Positions 48,541 to 61,850 of a stretch of 64,000 bases of DNA are shown piece after piece. The notes beneath the pieces are model-generated. The model was not told the origin of the DNA, searched no databases, and saw only the letters and a list, made by a program, of their open reading frames with translations. The stretch lies in the NCBI RefSeq assembly GCF_009914755.1, contig NC_060935.1; one strand, written 5' to 3'. Each line of letters starts with the position of its first letter. The stretch's first letter is position 1. Made by a program: the position numbers and the translations under genes. The stretch comes from the human T2T-CHM13v2.0 reference genome, Homo sapiens.

Positions 48541-49115
48541 CTTTCTGAAAAAAAATAATGAAAGCCCAATGACTGTCTCTTTCTGAGACAAACTGTGAGT
48601 GTATTAGGTAAGGCTGCATGGGGAGACGGCACACTTACAGTCTACTCTGTCCCTTCCTTCAGGACCACATGATCATTGTGAGTGGCTGGGTAACCCAGGC
48701 CAGGCACTCCCCACAGACCTGAGGAAGAGGACCCCGGGAAGCAGAGGCAGGTTTTCCTCCAGGGAGGCTGGCAGCTGCTGGGGTAGCCAAACTGTCCCTC
48801 CCTGTCTCTCTGAGCTCCAGCTCTCACTCTGTTCTCTCTCCTCTCTCTCTGCCCCTTTTTGCTCAGCTGTGACTGTCACTCAGCCTGAGCCAGTCTCGCT
48901 GTTCTCCAGACAATGGGATTTGAGAGAGTGTCTCTGCTGTGTCTATGCTGCGACAACCTTTTCTGGCAGTGGAGTAAGCGGATGTGAGGCGGGCAGCAGT
49001 GCAGGGAGGAAAAGCCCTGAAGATGAATTACGTCCACTTCAGCAGGCTGACCCTCTCGGGCAGGAGGGCTTTGGCCTGGGAAAGTGGCCTTGATCAGAAC
49101 TCTTAAGAGTGCCCC

Positions 49116-49357
49116 GCAGATCACTTGAGGTCAGGAGTTCGAGACCAGCCTGACCAACATGGTGAAACTCCATCTCTACTAAAACACAAAAATTATCTGG
49201 GTGTGGTGGTGGGCTCCTGTAATCCCAGCTACTCAGGAGGCTAAGGCAGGAGAATCGCTTGAACCCATGAGGCGGAGGTCACAGTGAGCCGAGATCATGC
49301 CACTGCACTCCAGCGTAGGTGAAAGAGTGAGACTCTGTCTCAAAAAAAAAAAAAAAA
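49116..49357 (+). mobile_element. 5'-truncated AluS
   Basis: Begins at gcagatcacttgaggtcaggagttcgag (first ~55 nt missing); A tail; imperfect TSD aagagtgccccgc / aagatgccccac. Confidence 0.95.
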
Positions 49358-49597
49358 GATGCCCCACATTCTACTCACCAAGCCCAGGATGTATGGGATG
49401 CAATGGGACAGGGATATGTGTGCAGTGTTTCATCCCCTCTGGCTGCGGCAGGGCCCGGAACTAGGCAATGCGGAGGGAAACCTGGCTGCCATGGACAGGG
49501 CCTTCTTCCTGGAATGACATATCTGGAAGTGAGCTTGAGATGTGCCCTGGAACCCTGCTGGCTTCAAGGCCTGTTGTGATGGACAGCGGAAGGGCCC

Positions 49598-50036
49598 TGA
49601 TATGGGTGGAATCATATCCCCCCAAAGAGGATATGTTGAAGTCCTAACCCCCAATACCTCAGAAGGTGAACTTCTTTGGAAATAGAGTCATTGCAGATGT
49701 AATTAGTTAAGCTAAACTGAGGTCATACTAGAGGGAGATGGGCCCCAATCCAATGACTGGTGTCCTCAGAAGAAGAGGAAACAGATACAAAGCAGATGAC
49801 CATGTGATGATAGAAGCACAGATCGAAGTGATGTTGCCACAAGCCAAGAAATGCCTACAGCTCCAGAGGCTGGAGGAAACAAGAAAGAATCCTCTTCTAC
49901 AGACTTCCAAGAAAGCACCGTCCTTTCGGCACCTTCGTTTTGGACTTGTAGCCTCCACAACTGTGAGAGAGTAAAATTTCTACTGTAAGCCACCTGCTCT
50001 GTTGAAATTTATTATAGCAGCACTAGGAAACATACA
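49598..50036 (+). mobile_element. MLT1B/C solo LTR
   Basis: atatgttgaagtcctaacccccaatacctcagaa...ttgcagatgtaattagttaag...tagcagcactaggaaacataca. Confidence 0.9.
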
Positions 50037-51949
50037 AGCCTTCAGCAGTCACCTGAACTAGTGACTAGTAAAATCTCAGGTTCAGTCTGGAAGTGAAATC
50101 TCAAATCAAATACTTAGAAGAAAATCACTGGGTCTCAGAGTGATCACTCAGGCTATTATATCATGGAAGGTTCAAGAAGCCAGACCCCAGCCCCATCCTT
50201 GCAGTATCTCATTGTGCAGTTCGACACTCAGCAGATTTCATATTCAGATACTCAGATTTCCTTATTTTCTGAGATAGACATTCTAAACCCTGAATGAGAG
50301 GGACTATCTCAGGAGTTCAGAGAAAAGGAGATAGATTAAATCTTTTTCTTTCATTGTCCCATTTTTACCAATAACAATTGTGATGCCTATGAATTATGGA
50401 GTGTTTACCATGTGCCATGCAGTGTCAAACACTTTATAAGGATTTTCTCACGTATGGCTGCCCTTAAGTGAGCCCTGAAGCTCCTGGGATCCACAAAAGA
50501 AGATGCCTGCACATATCACAGGCACGCACCAACCCATGTTAACACTGTGGACGGTGAGTGTAGGGCCATGGAATTCAAGTCTTTTCAAAGTTTTGCACAG
50601 GGCCTTGGAATTCAAGTTTCTGCTGCCAGTATTTCCCTCCACATATATCCATGTATTTGTCCTTGTTCTCATTTTCCATAGTTATTTTTTTAACTTGGTG
50701 TTACTTTCACAAAATTAAAACAAACAGTAAGCCTACCTGGCATGACAGAAAGTCCAGAAAAGACTAGAAAAGTACCAGGAACCCAAGGCACAGTCACACC
50801 AGCTCAGCTGTTCAAATCCCATTAAAAATAAATGATCTAAGAAGTACTCTCTGGGGGACCCCTACTCAAACAGAGGGGGAAAGAGAGCAGGGAGTACAGG
50901 AATATCTCTGTGAATAAATGACAAACATCATCACCTTCCTATGCTTCTGCAGGAGTGCTGACCAGAAGAGAAGAGAGAGGTGGGAACAGGAAACCTTCTT
51001 TCTAGTCATCACCCTCACTTGGCATGTACTGTGGTTGTCACCCCCTCAAGGCCTGTCCGGTGCAGGAACCAGTCAGGAAACAGACAAACCCCACTCTGGG
51101 AGTAAGCAGAACTAACATTTCCTGGAAACGAGGTCAGGTGTTGATTTTCTAGTCCGCAGAGTTTAACTTAGTAGACTGGCCTCCCTTGTCCTCCATATAC
51201 ATTCCCCCACCAGCCACAGTGGTAGCCATACTACTTCTTCATCTAAGGTGTCTGCAAGCTCCCTCTGCATAAGACCTGTGGTCTCAGCTAAGTCATTTAA
51301 CCTCCCAGCCAACGTTTTCCTTTTCTGCAGAATGTAAAATGTGAAGCAAAAAAAAAAAGTAAATTATGTCAGAGTTTTCAGGACAAATGAAAAATGCCTA
51401 TTAATGTAGGATTAAAATTGTATACAGAATCATTATAATGTGTGAACTGTTGGCGGCTTCAATGTGCAAATAGTAACAATAATTATTATCACTATAGACT
51501 CCCAAATATCCCTGCAGCTGCTGGAATAGTAAAGAACATTTCCAGGCTGCTAAGGGCAGGAGAGCCACTCATTCTAACTGCTAGTCCTTCCTAATTTGAC
51601 AGCCCAGCCTGTAACCTACATTTTCAATTTGCAGAAAAAGAAAAATACAGGTCTAACCCCAGGAGAGAAACCAAAGTAAAAAAGAAGTGAAGATAGAGGA
51701 CTGAATTTAGATGGTTTGCTTTTCTGCCTTGAGTTAAAGGTGTCAACTCCAGAGAGCAGGTGTATCAATGGTGGTTTTGTCTACCCGACAGAAAGATTGT
51801 GTTAGACCCCTATTGACCCGTAGCTAATCCCCTTCCCAGGCAGGTCTAGCGAAGGACTGTTTGTCTAGGGCTCTGAGCATTTTCTGCACCTTGAGGTTGC
51901 AGCACACAAGGACCAGACTAGAACGACAGCCACCACCCTGCTTTCCCTG

Positions 51950-52270
51950 CCAGAAAGCTAGCAGGAAACGCCTAAAGGGAAGGGATTCATTAGCCTCGCT
52001 CTGCTGCCTGGGGAGCCAATCACAGGAGCCTGTTCGGACAGACAGCCAATCACATCGCTGGACAGGACAGGGCCCAATCGTCTTGCTCCCCCATCCAGGC
52101 CATTTCGTCTGGAGCCTCCTCCCGCGGTGGGCTTGTTTCCCAGCCCTGCCAGTCACTCGCGAAAGCTGCTGGGGAGGGGACGCTGCGAGCCCCGACCCGA
52201 GCCAGGCCAGCTTGGGGAGCAGACTCTGTTTTATGGGCTTCAGAAGGGCAGAAGGGCGGGACAGCGAGAC
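51950..52270. promoter_or_regulatory. Triple-CCAAT (NF-Y) CpG-rich promoter-like element
   Basis: agccaatcaca (CCAAT 52016), agccaatcaca (52046), gcccaatcg (52074); CpG cluster; actcgcgaaa 52155. Confidence 0.5.
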
Positions 52271-52632
52271 TGATGGGAAACACCCAGGGCAGAGACCAAC
52301 TCCAATTCATCAATTCCACAAATACGTGTTTACTGGGCACCGTTTCTGTGGCAGGCACTGGGAAGAAGGGCACAATCCCTACCCTCAAGGAATTCAGAGT
52401 CCAGTGGGGGAGACGGAAGTAAGGAAATGCAGTACTTCTATGAGCGTGTGATGAGAACCAAGCAAGAGAAATAAGATGTTTATGAGCAGGTGACAGGGCG
52501 ACAGGGCGCTACCTAATGGGTCGGGAGACCCCCCCCCCCACCCCCAGAGGAGTTGCAGTGACCCACAGTGGCAAATCACAGACCAAAAGCCCCTGCATGG
52601 GGGCTGGAGACCCTCACCACCCCCTACCCATC

Positions 52633-52994
52633 TGTACTAGTTGACTAGGGTGTCCTAACCAAGGACCACAGACTAGGTGGCTTGAACAAGGAAAATATAT
52701 CTTCTCACTCTTTTGGAGGCTGCAAGTTGAAGACGAACGTGCCAGCAGGGTTAATTTCATCTGAGCCCTCTCTCCTTGGCTTGCCTTCCCAATGTGCCCT
52801 CACATAGCCTTTCCCTCTGTAAGCATGTCTTTATCCAAATTTCCTCTTCTTATAAGGACACAAGTCATACTGGGTTAGGGCCATTTTACCTCTTTAAAAT
52901 ACAGTCTGTCTCTAAATGCAGTCACATGCTGAGGTACTGGGGATTGGAAGTTCAACATACAAATTTTAGGTGGAATACAAGTGAGCCCATAACA
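52633..52994 (-). mobile_element. MLT1A/B solo LTR
   Basis: tgtactag...ccacagactaggtggcttgaacaa...tcttataaggacacaagtcatactgggttagggcc...gcccataaca; TSD ccatc/ccatt. Confidence 0.9.
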
Positions 52995-53554
52995 CCATTA
53001 TTTTCCACAAATATTGTGAAGCTCCTATTTAGCCACTTCCTCCCCCAAAGACCACAGTGACCAGGGGTTTTCTGTCTTCTAAATCTCCTGTACTAAGTGC
53101 CTGTTTACTCAGACTTAGACCAGCTCCTATCAGACAAGAGGTGTGATGAAGCCGCATCTGGCTCTTGAGACAAATGTCTTATTGCTCATCTTTTCTTCCC
53201 AAAGCTGTATGTCTATTAGAGTCTTATAGCAACTTCTTTGCACTGCGCAACAGCCCTGCTCACTGGCCTCATGCCCAAGATATTTAGTATGGCATTTCAT
53301 TCATGATAAGGGCTGGTCTTTCCTAGAGGCCTGGCGGGGAGAGAGCAAGTGAAACAGCCGTTTATCAACCAGGGCCCACACAGGCAAGCCAGAATCCCCT
53401 GGAGGCAATGCCAGGCATCCTGAGTCTGCTGCTATGGGACATAAGGGCACACTCTGTGATCTCTGAGATTGTAGGCAACACAGCAGGAATCTGGATGGTC
53501 TACATGAAAGTGGGGGAGGCACCTGTCTGAGACCCACAGTTGAGTACACTGAAG

Positions 53555-54640
53555 ATTTGTTTGCTGAATATCCACTGGGTGCCAGGAAGGAGCACTGTGC
53601 CAGGAGCCAAAGATGGAGATGCATGAGTCACAGTCCAGTCCTCAGGGTCTCCTGGGGAAGGCTCTACACACAATTTAACACAGGCCTGCCATCGAATTCC
53701 AACCCTGGAGCTGAGGGAACAGAGAGTTGAGACAGCTGGCCGTGCTTGGGGGTTAGAGAGGCCTCTGGAAGAAGCTGACATCTGAACAGAATCTGAAGAG
53801 ATCCATGGAGTTAGGCAGCTGATGGGGCGAGTGAGGAGAACAGGATGGTCCAAGCACGGGAGTCGTATGGACAAGAGGATGGAGGCATGAAGCATCGGAT
53901 GCATGGGAACAACCATATGCAGGTCAGAGTCACTGGAGCCTAAAATGTAACAGAGAGAGAGAGCGGCAGGAAGTGGGACACGGGAGATGGCCCATGACTA
54001 GATTGCAGAGGGAGATGTAAACCCTACTAAGTGGCTCCAACATTCCCTGGGAGTTTTCAGACTGTATTTGTGGGAGCACCTGGACTCTTTAATGGTGCCT
54101 TGGATAAAGGGAAAGATTGACCAAACAAGACGCTCATCGATATCTAAACTCTTACCTCTTTTATATTTGGTGTTTCACTTGCCAAAAAAAATGTTCTAAA
54201 GCTTAAAATATCCATAGTTACTATTGTCTTAGCTCTGAGGAGTCTGTGTAGAGTTTTAAGCAGGGGGTGATATGGTGGTAGTGTGGGGTCTGAAACTGAG
54301 GGGCACAGGCCAGGAGGCAGGGGTATCAGTGGGGAGACTATTGTAATACTCAAAGTAAGGAAAATAGAAAGGAGTCGAGAGATTGAAGGAAGGATTGCCT
54401 GGTGAAACTATGGGACTTGCTAATAATTATTAACATAGAGAGTGAGGGGGGTACCCAAAATGAATACTGGGTTTATGGCTCAGATGACTAGGTGCACGCT
54501 GGTGCCATTAACTGGGTAAAGGACTAAAGGGGAAGGAACATATTTAGGCAAACAGATAAGAACTAGAATGTTGACCATGTGAAGTCTACTGTGCAGTGGA
54601 ACATCCAGATGGAGATACGCAGGTGGCCATTTGAGAGTCT
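53555..54640 (-). mobile_element. L2 (fragmented)
   Basis: ggaagaagctgacatctgaacagaatctgaag; gagttttaagcagggg; gaacatccagatggagat. Confidence 0.7.
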
Positions 54641-56169
54641 GATTCTTTGCAGTACATCCCAGCCTCCTAAATTTAGAGCCTTGCATATTGCAGAGAGATG
54701 CCAGTAAATGTATTTTTTTCCTTTTAAAATTTACAGTTAATGCCTTCCAGGTTCTCCACACTCTCTTCTGGATCTACCATTCACTTTTTTTCTGATACTT
54801 CTCACAAGTATGTGAAATCAGAATTGGCTGACCTGCCCTGTCCACAGATGCTTGGCTCCACCAGATCTGCTGTGTTACTGGCCCTTAACCATGTGTCTCT
54901 TTGGAGCCTGGAATAGAGAGGGGATTGAGAGACATAACTGATCATTCCCACATGGGATGCTTGTGGAATGCAAGATGAGGTACTATCTATGGCACCCTGA
55001 CCCTCTGTTTCTGTGCGGGTCCCCCTCCCACTCCTTCTGACCATCTGATGTGAGTCACCCTCTCAAATCCAGTGCCAGTTTCACTTTCTCCATGAATCGT
55101 TCTCTGCTCTACTCCCCTGAAGAAGATAGTTCTTTGGAGAAACTGTGAGTTCTGTAGGGAAAATTCATTATTTAGAGCACGCCCTTGTCCAGGGCCCCTT
55201 TGCCTGGAGACCCACCAACTGGGCATCCTGGGTCTGCAGCATCTGGCACAGTTGCACTTGTCCCTACAGAAGGGGACTGCTGACCCAGCAGGGTCTGTCT
55301 GTCACTGTACTAGGTATTCCCAGAGTGCTGGGACCCCTCCTTCTGGATCAAAAGCATCCTGCTCACGGAAATATCCTGGACTGTCTGTCTAGCCTCTGTT
55401 CAGTCTCTGTCTGTGTAGCGACATCAGGGCCTGTTTCTAAACTGTTTGGTGTGTTTCTCTGCCACATATCAGTATTACTGGGTTTCCATCGCACACATGG
55501 GCTAAGCTTTCTTTTCCCTGCCTTATTTTTAGTCTATTCCTTCTCTCGAATGAATTCTAATTTGCCAGCCTTGGTCAAATGCTTAGCAACAAAGCCCAGG
55601 AGCCCAGGGCCTCTTTCCAACTCTCCAAGCAGCACCTCTTTCTACAAAGATCTACCTCTTCAGTGAGCAGCAATGTCCCTTCTTCTAGTAGCAAATATGG
55701 AGGGTTACCCTTAGTTCCACAACAGTGGTGGGTGGCTCTTCCCCACTTCTCCTCCCCCTTTTTAGTTCTCTACTTTTCAGGGTGCCCAGAGGGAACCCTG
55801 AGATGATTCCAGCTTTTTTTTTTCCATGCACTGTCTTGCAGCAGATCAATAGAGATTCCATCTACCCCTCCCAAATATAGAAATATTTACATAGTCCACA
55901 TGGTATACTTGTAAAATACACATGAGGCCTGATAAATTACACAGTATCTATTATGCTACTAAAATGATACCCTTTGCTTAATTAAAGTAGCCATATGCTG
56001 TAGTGCAAATCATTCTCATTCATTAAAATCCCCAAATATGTTTAAAGAAAAAAAGAGAACAGTCAGCAGCAGATAGGAAGAATACAATCAGATCACACAG
56101 GTTTCAGGACATAACTTTACTGAAAATAGGCTTGATGTTTCACCCTGCAGAACACCAAACATGTCCATC

Positions 56170-56790
56170 TATTCATCCATTCATTCATTCACTTAACCAA
56201 CAATTGTTGAACACCTACGCTGTGTCAGACACCTTATAGGTGCCAGCGACAATACCTGGCCCTTGTCCTCAAGGAACAGACAGGCTAAGGGACAGACGGG
56301 TAAGTAAACAAACAGGCAGTGTACTTGTAATGACAGTGGTAAGCCTGGTGCTCTGGGAGCATATTAGAGGCTTGTCTATCCTAGACTTGTTGGGTCAGGA
56401 AGACTTCCCTGAGGAGGTGCTATCCAGGTTATATCTCAAAGGATAATTAGATCTGGGAAGTATTCCAACTTACTCTGTTTTCCATTACCTTGTTTATTTT
56501 CTTCTTAGTGACTCATAGATCACAAATCTGGGATAATCTTCTCACTCATTTTATTTACATGAATATTATCTGCCTCCCCGTTACCCCTACAACTTGAAGG
56601 TAGGTTTCAAGGGAGTACAACACCTTGTCAGGTATCTTATCCCAGCATATATAGTAGTGATTAGCACATAAAAGAGGCTCAAAAACATTTACTGAATGAA
56701 TAAATGAATAGTGACAAAACAATAGCATGTGCAAAGGCCCAGTGCTGAGAGAGCACATGATACGTTCTGAGAAAGTTAAAGGCTGAGATG
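56170..56790. mobile_element. L2 fragments in both orientations
   Basis: Minus tail cattcattcattcac at 56179; plus tail actgaatgaataaatgaat at 56691; minus body resumes at 56715. Confidence 0.7.
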
Positions 56791-57139
56791 CCACATCCCC
56801 TGGTGTTTCATCCGGTCCCCACCGTCCCCTCCCCTTATCACCTGTCTCCCTTCTGTCCACCCACCCTTTCCCACAGGAACTGGTATTTCCCCACTGGCTA
56901 GAGTAAGTAGGCGCATTTGCTTCTGGAACAACAACTGCTATGTTTTGCATGACCTCGGGGTTAATGGCCAGTGACTCCCGGGTACCATCTGCAGTGAACC
57001 ATGAAGGAGCACACTGGGCCATGACCACCTGACAGCCTCCCTGTCTTCCAGAGCCACCACTGAGGTCCCTCACCCATACTTGCTCTTGGGAAGCCCTGTC
57101 CAACGTGGGAACAGCTCCAAGGTCATTGAACTAAACCTG

Positions 57140-57320
57140 GAGTTAAACCTAACCTGCCTGATCTTAGGCAATGGACTTAATCTCTCTGAGCCCTTTCTCC
57201 ATTCTTAAAATGGATATAAAAATACTCACATCATAAAACTTTCAGGGATTAAAGTAGTCAATGTATGTGAAGTGCCTGACATACAGGAAACACTCAATAC
57301 ATGTAATTATTATAATTAGA
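57140..57320 (+). mobile_element. MIR
   Basis: acttaatctctctgagcc...taaaatggata...tgtgaagtgcctgacatacagg. Confidence 0.7.
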
Positions 57321-57394
57321 TGATATCTAACCCTCTTCCAGTTCTAAGTCTTTTTCCCTTGCCACAAACACCCACACACAAGCAGTTTTCTCTC

Positions 57395-57590
57395 CATTAC
57401 GTCACTGAATCCTCACAGCAACCCTGTGAGCCATGTGCTCTTACCATTATCTGCACTTAACTGATGAGGCCCCTGAGCCTTGGTGAAGTTGAGAAATGTT
57501 TCTAAAGCTACAGCCTTGGCAGGGCTGGGATTCCAACCCAAGTGCATCTGACTGTAGGAGCCTCTTTCTCAGCCCCACATTGTGTACTAA
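57395..57590 (-). mobile_element. MIR
   Basis: aatcctcacagcaaccctgtgag...gggctgggattccaaccca. Confidence 0.7.
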
Positions 57591-59049
57591 CTTCCCAGGG
57601 AACCTGAGGTGGTTGCGGGCTGCCCTCAGCTTCAGCACATTCCCCCTGGAGGCACAAGGCAGAAGGAAAAGAAGTGTATGGCCAGGGGAACTTGCTCCAG
57701 GGACAAAAATGGAATACCAAAGAGAAGAGGATTGGCATGCATGGGAATACAGGCAGGCCCACGGCATGCTCCATCATCCTCTCCTGCTCAGGCCAAGTTA
57801 TTCTCTAGCACTTTTTATAAGTGGGAAGGAGGATGTCAAAGCTCGGTCCACCTTGGCCTAGATGACCAGCTACATTAGAACCTTTCTGTCCAGCTAGATT
57901 ATCCCCAGGTCCTTGCTGTGATGGAGGGGAGGAAAAGGAGAGCCTGTTTTGCCTATGTATCCTAAATATAATTTACATATGTATTAATATATGAAGATCT
58001 TGAAATGTATGTGAAATCCATGAAATGGATTGTGAAAATTTGTATTTCTCAAAAATGGTCATGACAATATTATCCATCCTGCATGTTCTCCTAGAACCTT
58101 GTCATTGCCCACCCCTAATCCCCATCAAAAAGCAGATTCCTTGTCTCCTCCTGAACCTGGATGGACTATTGATTTTAACTAAGTAGGATAGTTCCAGAGC
58201 CCATGTTTTTAACCACTATTAAAGGGAGTATTTGTAGGCCTTTTTGACAAAGCAGAGAGCCTCTATTGGGAAGGAGGAAAAATAAGTCTGGAAGGATAGG
58301 TTGAGGCAAATTTGAGGAGGGCTTTGACTGCCACTCTTCAGTCATTCCCTGACCACTTAGTGGCTTTTGCCACATCCAAGTACCACCTGTATTATTATTT
58401 ACATAGTCATTTTCTTTAAATCAAATTTAAAGCTACTCACTTTTTAACAACTTGGCCTCATTCTAAGAAATAATCATAATATTACAAGTTTTATATCCTA
58501 CTAATATTTATCTAATAATATAAGTACACAATTATCTTTTTAAAAATTTTGTTCACCAACCTTCTAATGTAATCTCCTATATACACCTGGGCATCTGTGC
58601 CCTGTTTCAGAATCAGCATACCAGGCAGTGGAGGCCACCACATTGAGCAAAGAAAAGATCAAAGCAGCCTCTTAGGACAACTGACCCGTGACATTTGTAA
58701 ATATCAGCGAACACATCCTCAGATCTGCAGGTAAAAGGCATTGTGGGAGGTGCAAGAAGGTAGATGGGCCACAATTTGCATTACTGGGGTTCCTCTGGGC
58801 CCTGGAGCCTGGGTTATGTAATAGCATGGGAGGCACAGGAAAAGTAGGGTGCACCTTCTTGGAGTAGAAATTTGACTCATTGGTAAGCAGTTTAAAATAT
58901 TACAATTATATTATGGATATATTAACTTTAGCTAGCAAAAGTCACAGGCACATTTAATTAAAAACAAGCAAAGTCTAAGAAATTCTATGCTGGTTGTGGG
59001 CAGCTTTGGCCCATGCCCAGGGCAGAGGGGCTCATGGTCTTCTTGTAGC

Positions 59050-59232
59050 CCATGGTTCTCAACACTGGCTGCATTTCAGGGTCATCCGAGCAACTTTTAA
59101 AAATCACCCTGGCTCAGACTCTACCCTAAACCATTTACCCAGACTCCAGCCTCTGAGGATGCTGCCAAGGAGTCTGTGTTTTTAAAGGGACCCCAGCTGA
59201 TTTTAATGGGCAGTCAGTATTGAGAACTACCA
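59050..59232. mobile_element. MER5B-like
   Basis: tggttctcaacactggctgcatt...ttgagaactac TIR-like ends. Confidence 0.75.
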
Positions 59233-59474
59233 TTTTAGGGATACTTTGGTGGGAAAGTGTGAGGAACTCTGAAAGAGAGCACCAAGGGATTGAAGATAGG
59301 AAGCCTGGTGGGGATGAGATTCTCATAGTCTAAGAAAGGGTCCACACATTTTCCTTCATATATGTTGGGATCTCTGTGAATGTATGGCTAGCACACCTAC
59401 AACAGAGGCACACACAAACAATGGCAAATGCACGTGAACTGTTAAGTGCATATACATACGAGACATTTAAGCCA

Positions 59475-59640
59475 GGCTTTATTTGTCAAGCAAACAGAGC
59501 TTGCCTACACAATCTAGTCAATTCACTATAATGACTCCATAGGGCAAAGCCATAAGACCAAGAACTGGGAATCTAATTAGATTTAGGCTTCTATGAGGTT
59601 GGGTCAATTTCTGACAAATTTGGAGTTCTAATTCTATTTG
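59475..59640 (+). mobile_element. Possible CR1/L3 RT fossil
   Basis: Translates GF...NRACLHNLV, resembling CR1 GF..NRSCLTNL; very degraded. Confidence 0.35.
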
Positions 59641-60854
59641 TCCATAATCAAGAAGTCACAGAGAAAGGGGAATATATATATTTATATTTATATTTATATA
59701 TTTACATATTCATTCACAGGGTCACACATATTCACATTTACAGACAGGTGCACACATACACATACATATGGGGGCTCATATTCATACACATGCACATTAG
59801 GTTAGGCACAACAATTCTCAAACTCTCATACCTCAAACTGCCCCGAGGGATCTGTGAGGGTTTTGTTACTACTACCTCTGGTCCCACTTCCCCAGAGACT
59901 GAAGGCCAAGGCCCCTTCCGACTCCCAGCTGGGAGCGGGCCCTCTGTCCTAGATCGGAGGGGCATTTGGCAGGGGACAAAAGAAATTTCATCCCAGCTCT
60001 GGGTGCAGAGCTTTCCTTGCTTCACAGTTAGTTCTTGCACTCTGGGCCCCCAAACAAGAGGCCACTCAGAAATCACAGTTTGAGAACAAGGCAGCATTGT
60101 CCCCTGAGCCTGGGCTTTCCTGAGGCTTGGGTAAGAGAAAGAGAGATGAGAAGGCTCCCTGGGCTACAGAGGTCTGGAGAGAAGCTGGCACCTGGGAAGA
60201 ACAATTTCCCCAGCAGCTAGCCAAGCTGGGGTCTTCCAAGTGGATGCAGAGACCTGCCCTGCTGCCCTCCCCATCCTCTGAGAGTGCCTTCTCTGGGCTT
60301 TTGCTTCAAAGAGCCATCTTTTTCCACATGGCACTCATCTTCCTTGTCCTTTGCTTCATGACACCTTGAGCGTGTTAGAAGCTAATCCTGAACAAGCATA
60401 GAAGGGGCACTGGGGTAGGAGCTGCAGTGGCACCACCCGAGAGGCCAGCTTTACCTCCCCCAAAGATCCACTGCCCAGAAGGGAAGACCAGGGGCCTCCC
60501 TGGTGCCAAGGGCTGAGAGTATGCATCCAATGCAGCTAGGTCCTCCACACACTGTGGTGGGGCCCCTCACCCTCAGATCAGCATCTTACTCTCAGAATTG
60601 GTAGCATCAGGTAGTGAGGAATTTCTAAGGATCAGTAATTATGAGGAAGGCTCAACTGCCCAAATTTTCCACTGAACAACCACAAAAATCTGAGGCTCTC
60701 CCCTCCAACCTGAGCCTGGGCCAATGGCCCTGCTGACCCTGTAGATGTCCACCACGCAATGTGCTCATTATCCTCATTTTAGAGGACACTTTCTTGGGTG
60801 CTTAGCATTCCTTCTGTTTTCTGGAACAGTGCCCTTTCCATCCCCACTCACCCC

Positions 60855-61850
60855 ATACCAGTTAAGGTGCTTTTGGCTGCAAGTTACAAAACAACCAACT
60901 GAAATTGGCTTAAAGAACAAGGAAAGTGATGGGCTCAAGACCCAAAAAGGGCCGACTTCAGAGTTGGATAAGCACAGAGCTCTTGCTCCGTTTTTCTGCC
61001 ACATCCACAGTTGCACCTGCTTCCATGGGTTGGCTAAGCTCCCTCATTGTTGCAAAATGGCTTTAGCAACCTCATACCTCACAGACATATGGCCAATACC
61101 CAGAAGAGAGAGAGTTTCTTTGGGTGACACTTCATAGAGAGCAAAGATACTTTTCTCCCAGAAAACTTCCTTTGGGGACTACTGGAGACTGGCATCTTCT
61201 TACGGGATCCTACCTCTATTGTTAGTGATGGATTGAGAAGTGGATACCAAACCCAAAATGAACTAATTATAGAATGTAATCCCATTGGCCACATCATTGG
61301 TCTGTGGATGGGCATATAACCCAAGCCCAGGTGATTACAATATTTTCTTAGGAATTTTCTAACTGAAGCCGGGGTCAAGAGACACCTCTCTCTGGTTGCG
61401 ATGCTATATGGATCTTAATCTGGGCTACCGCCAGCCACCAGCACCTCCTCATTGGAGAAGCCATCTGCGAGAATGATGCCAATAATCAGAAGGACCTAGT
61501 CAAGAGGTAGAGACCAGACCCTGATAGAGTGTGAGTTCCAGGTTCTAGTGGTGCCTAAGACCAGTTTCACCTCTTCTCTAGTATTTTGCTTTTGTCAGAG
61601 AGTCACTCCCTGCTGGAGACTTCCCCTTACATCTCACACACCCATTACTAAGTCCATAAGTGCAAAGGGAAGAACGAACGAGGACTGGCTCAGGCTAACC
61701 AGATCTGCCCGTAGAGTGGAAGAGGGGATCACCTTCCCTTAAGCCACATGAGGTAGGGATGGGTTTCAGAACACATTTATAATTCTATTACAGAAGAAGA
61801 AGCAGGCAGGGATTGGATGTTGAGTGAGTAACGCAGTGTCCACTGTGGCA
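60855..61850 (-). mobile_element. MLT1K/L LTR interrupted by LTR16
   Basis: taccagttaaggtgcttttggctgcaagttac...tggcttaaag; resumes agacttccccttacatctca; end gcagtgtccactg. Confidence 0.7.
61230..61590 (+). mobile_element. LTR16-type ERVL LTR
   Basis: ttggccacatcattggtctgtggatgggcatataacccaagc...gagaatgatgccaa. Confidence 0.6.

Noticed and set aside
49481-49502. REST/NRSE site (ccatggacagggcc)
   Set aside because: Right half only; left TTCAGCA half absent
51861-52451. Longest ORF (196 aa, +)
   Set aside because: Non-ATG start, no recognisable domain, runs through CCAAT boxes into an L2 fragment; consistent with a GC-rich chance ORF
55145-57103. 173-aa and 182-aa ORFs
   Set aside because: No family resemblance and non-ATG starts; the second overlaps L2 fragments
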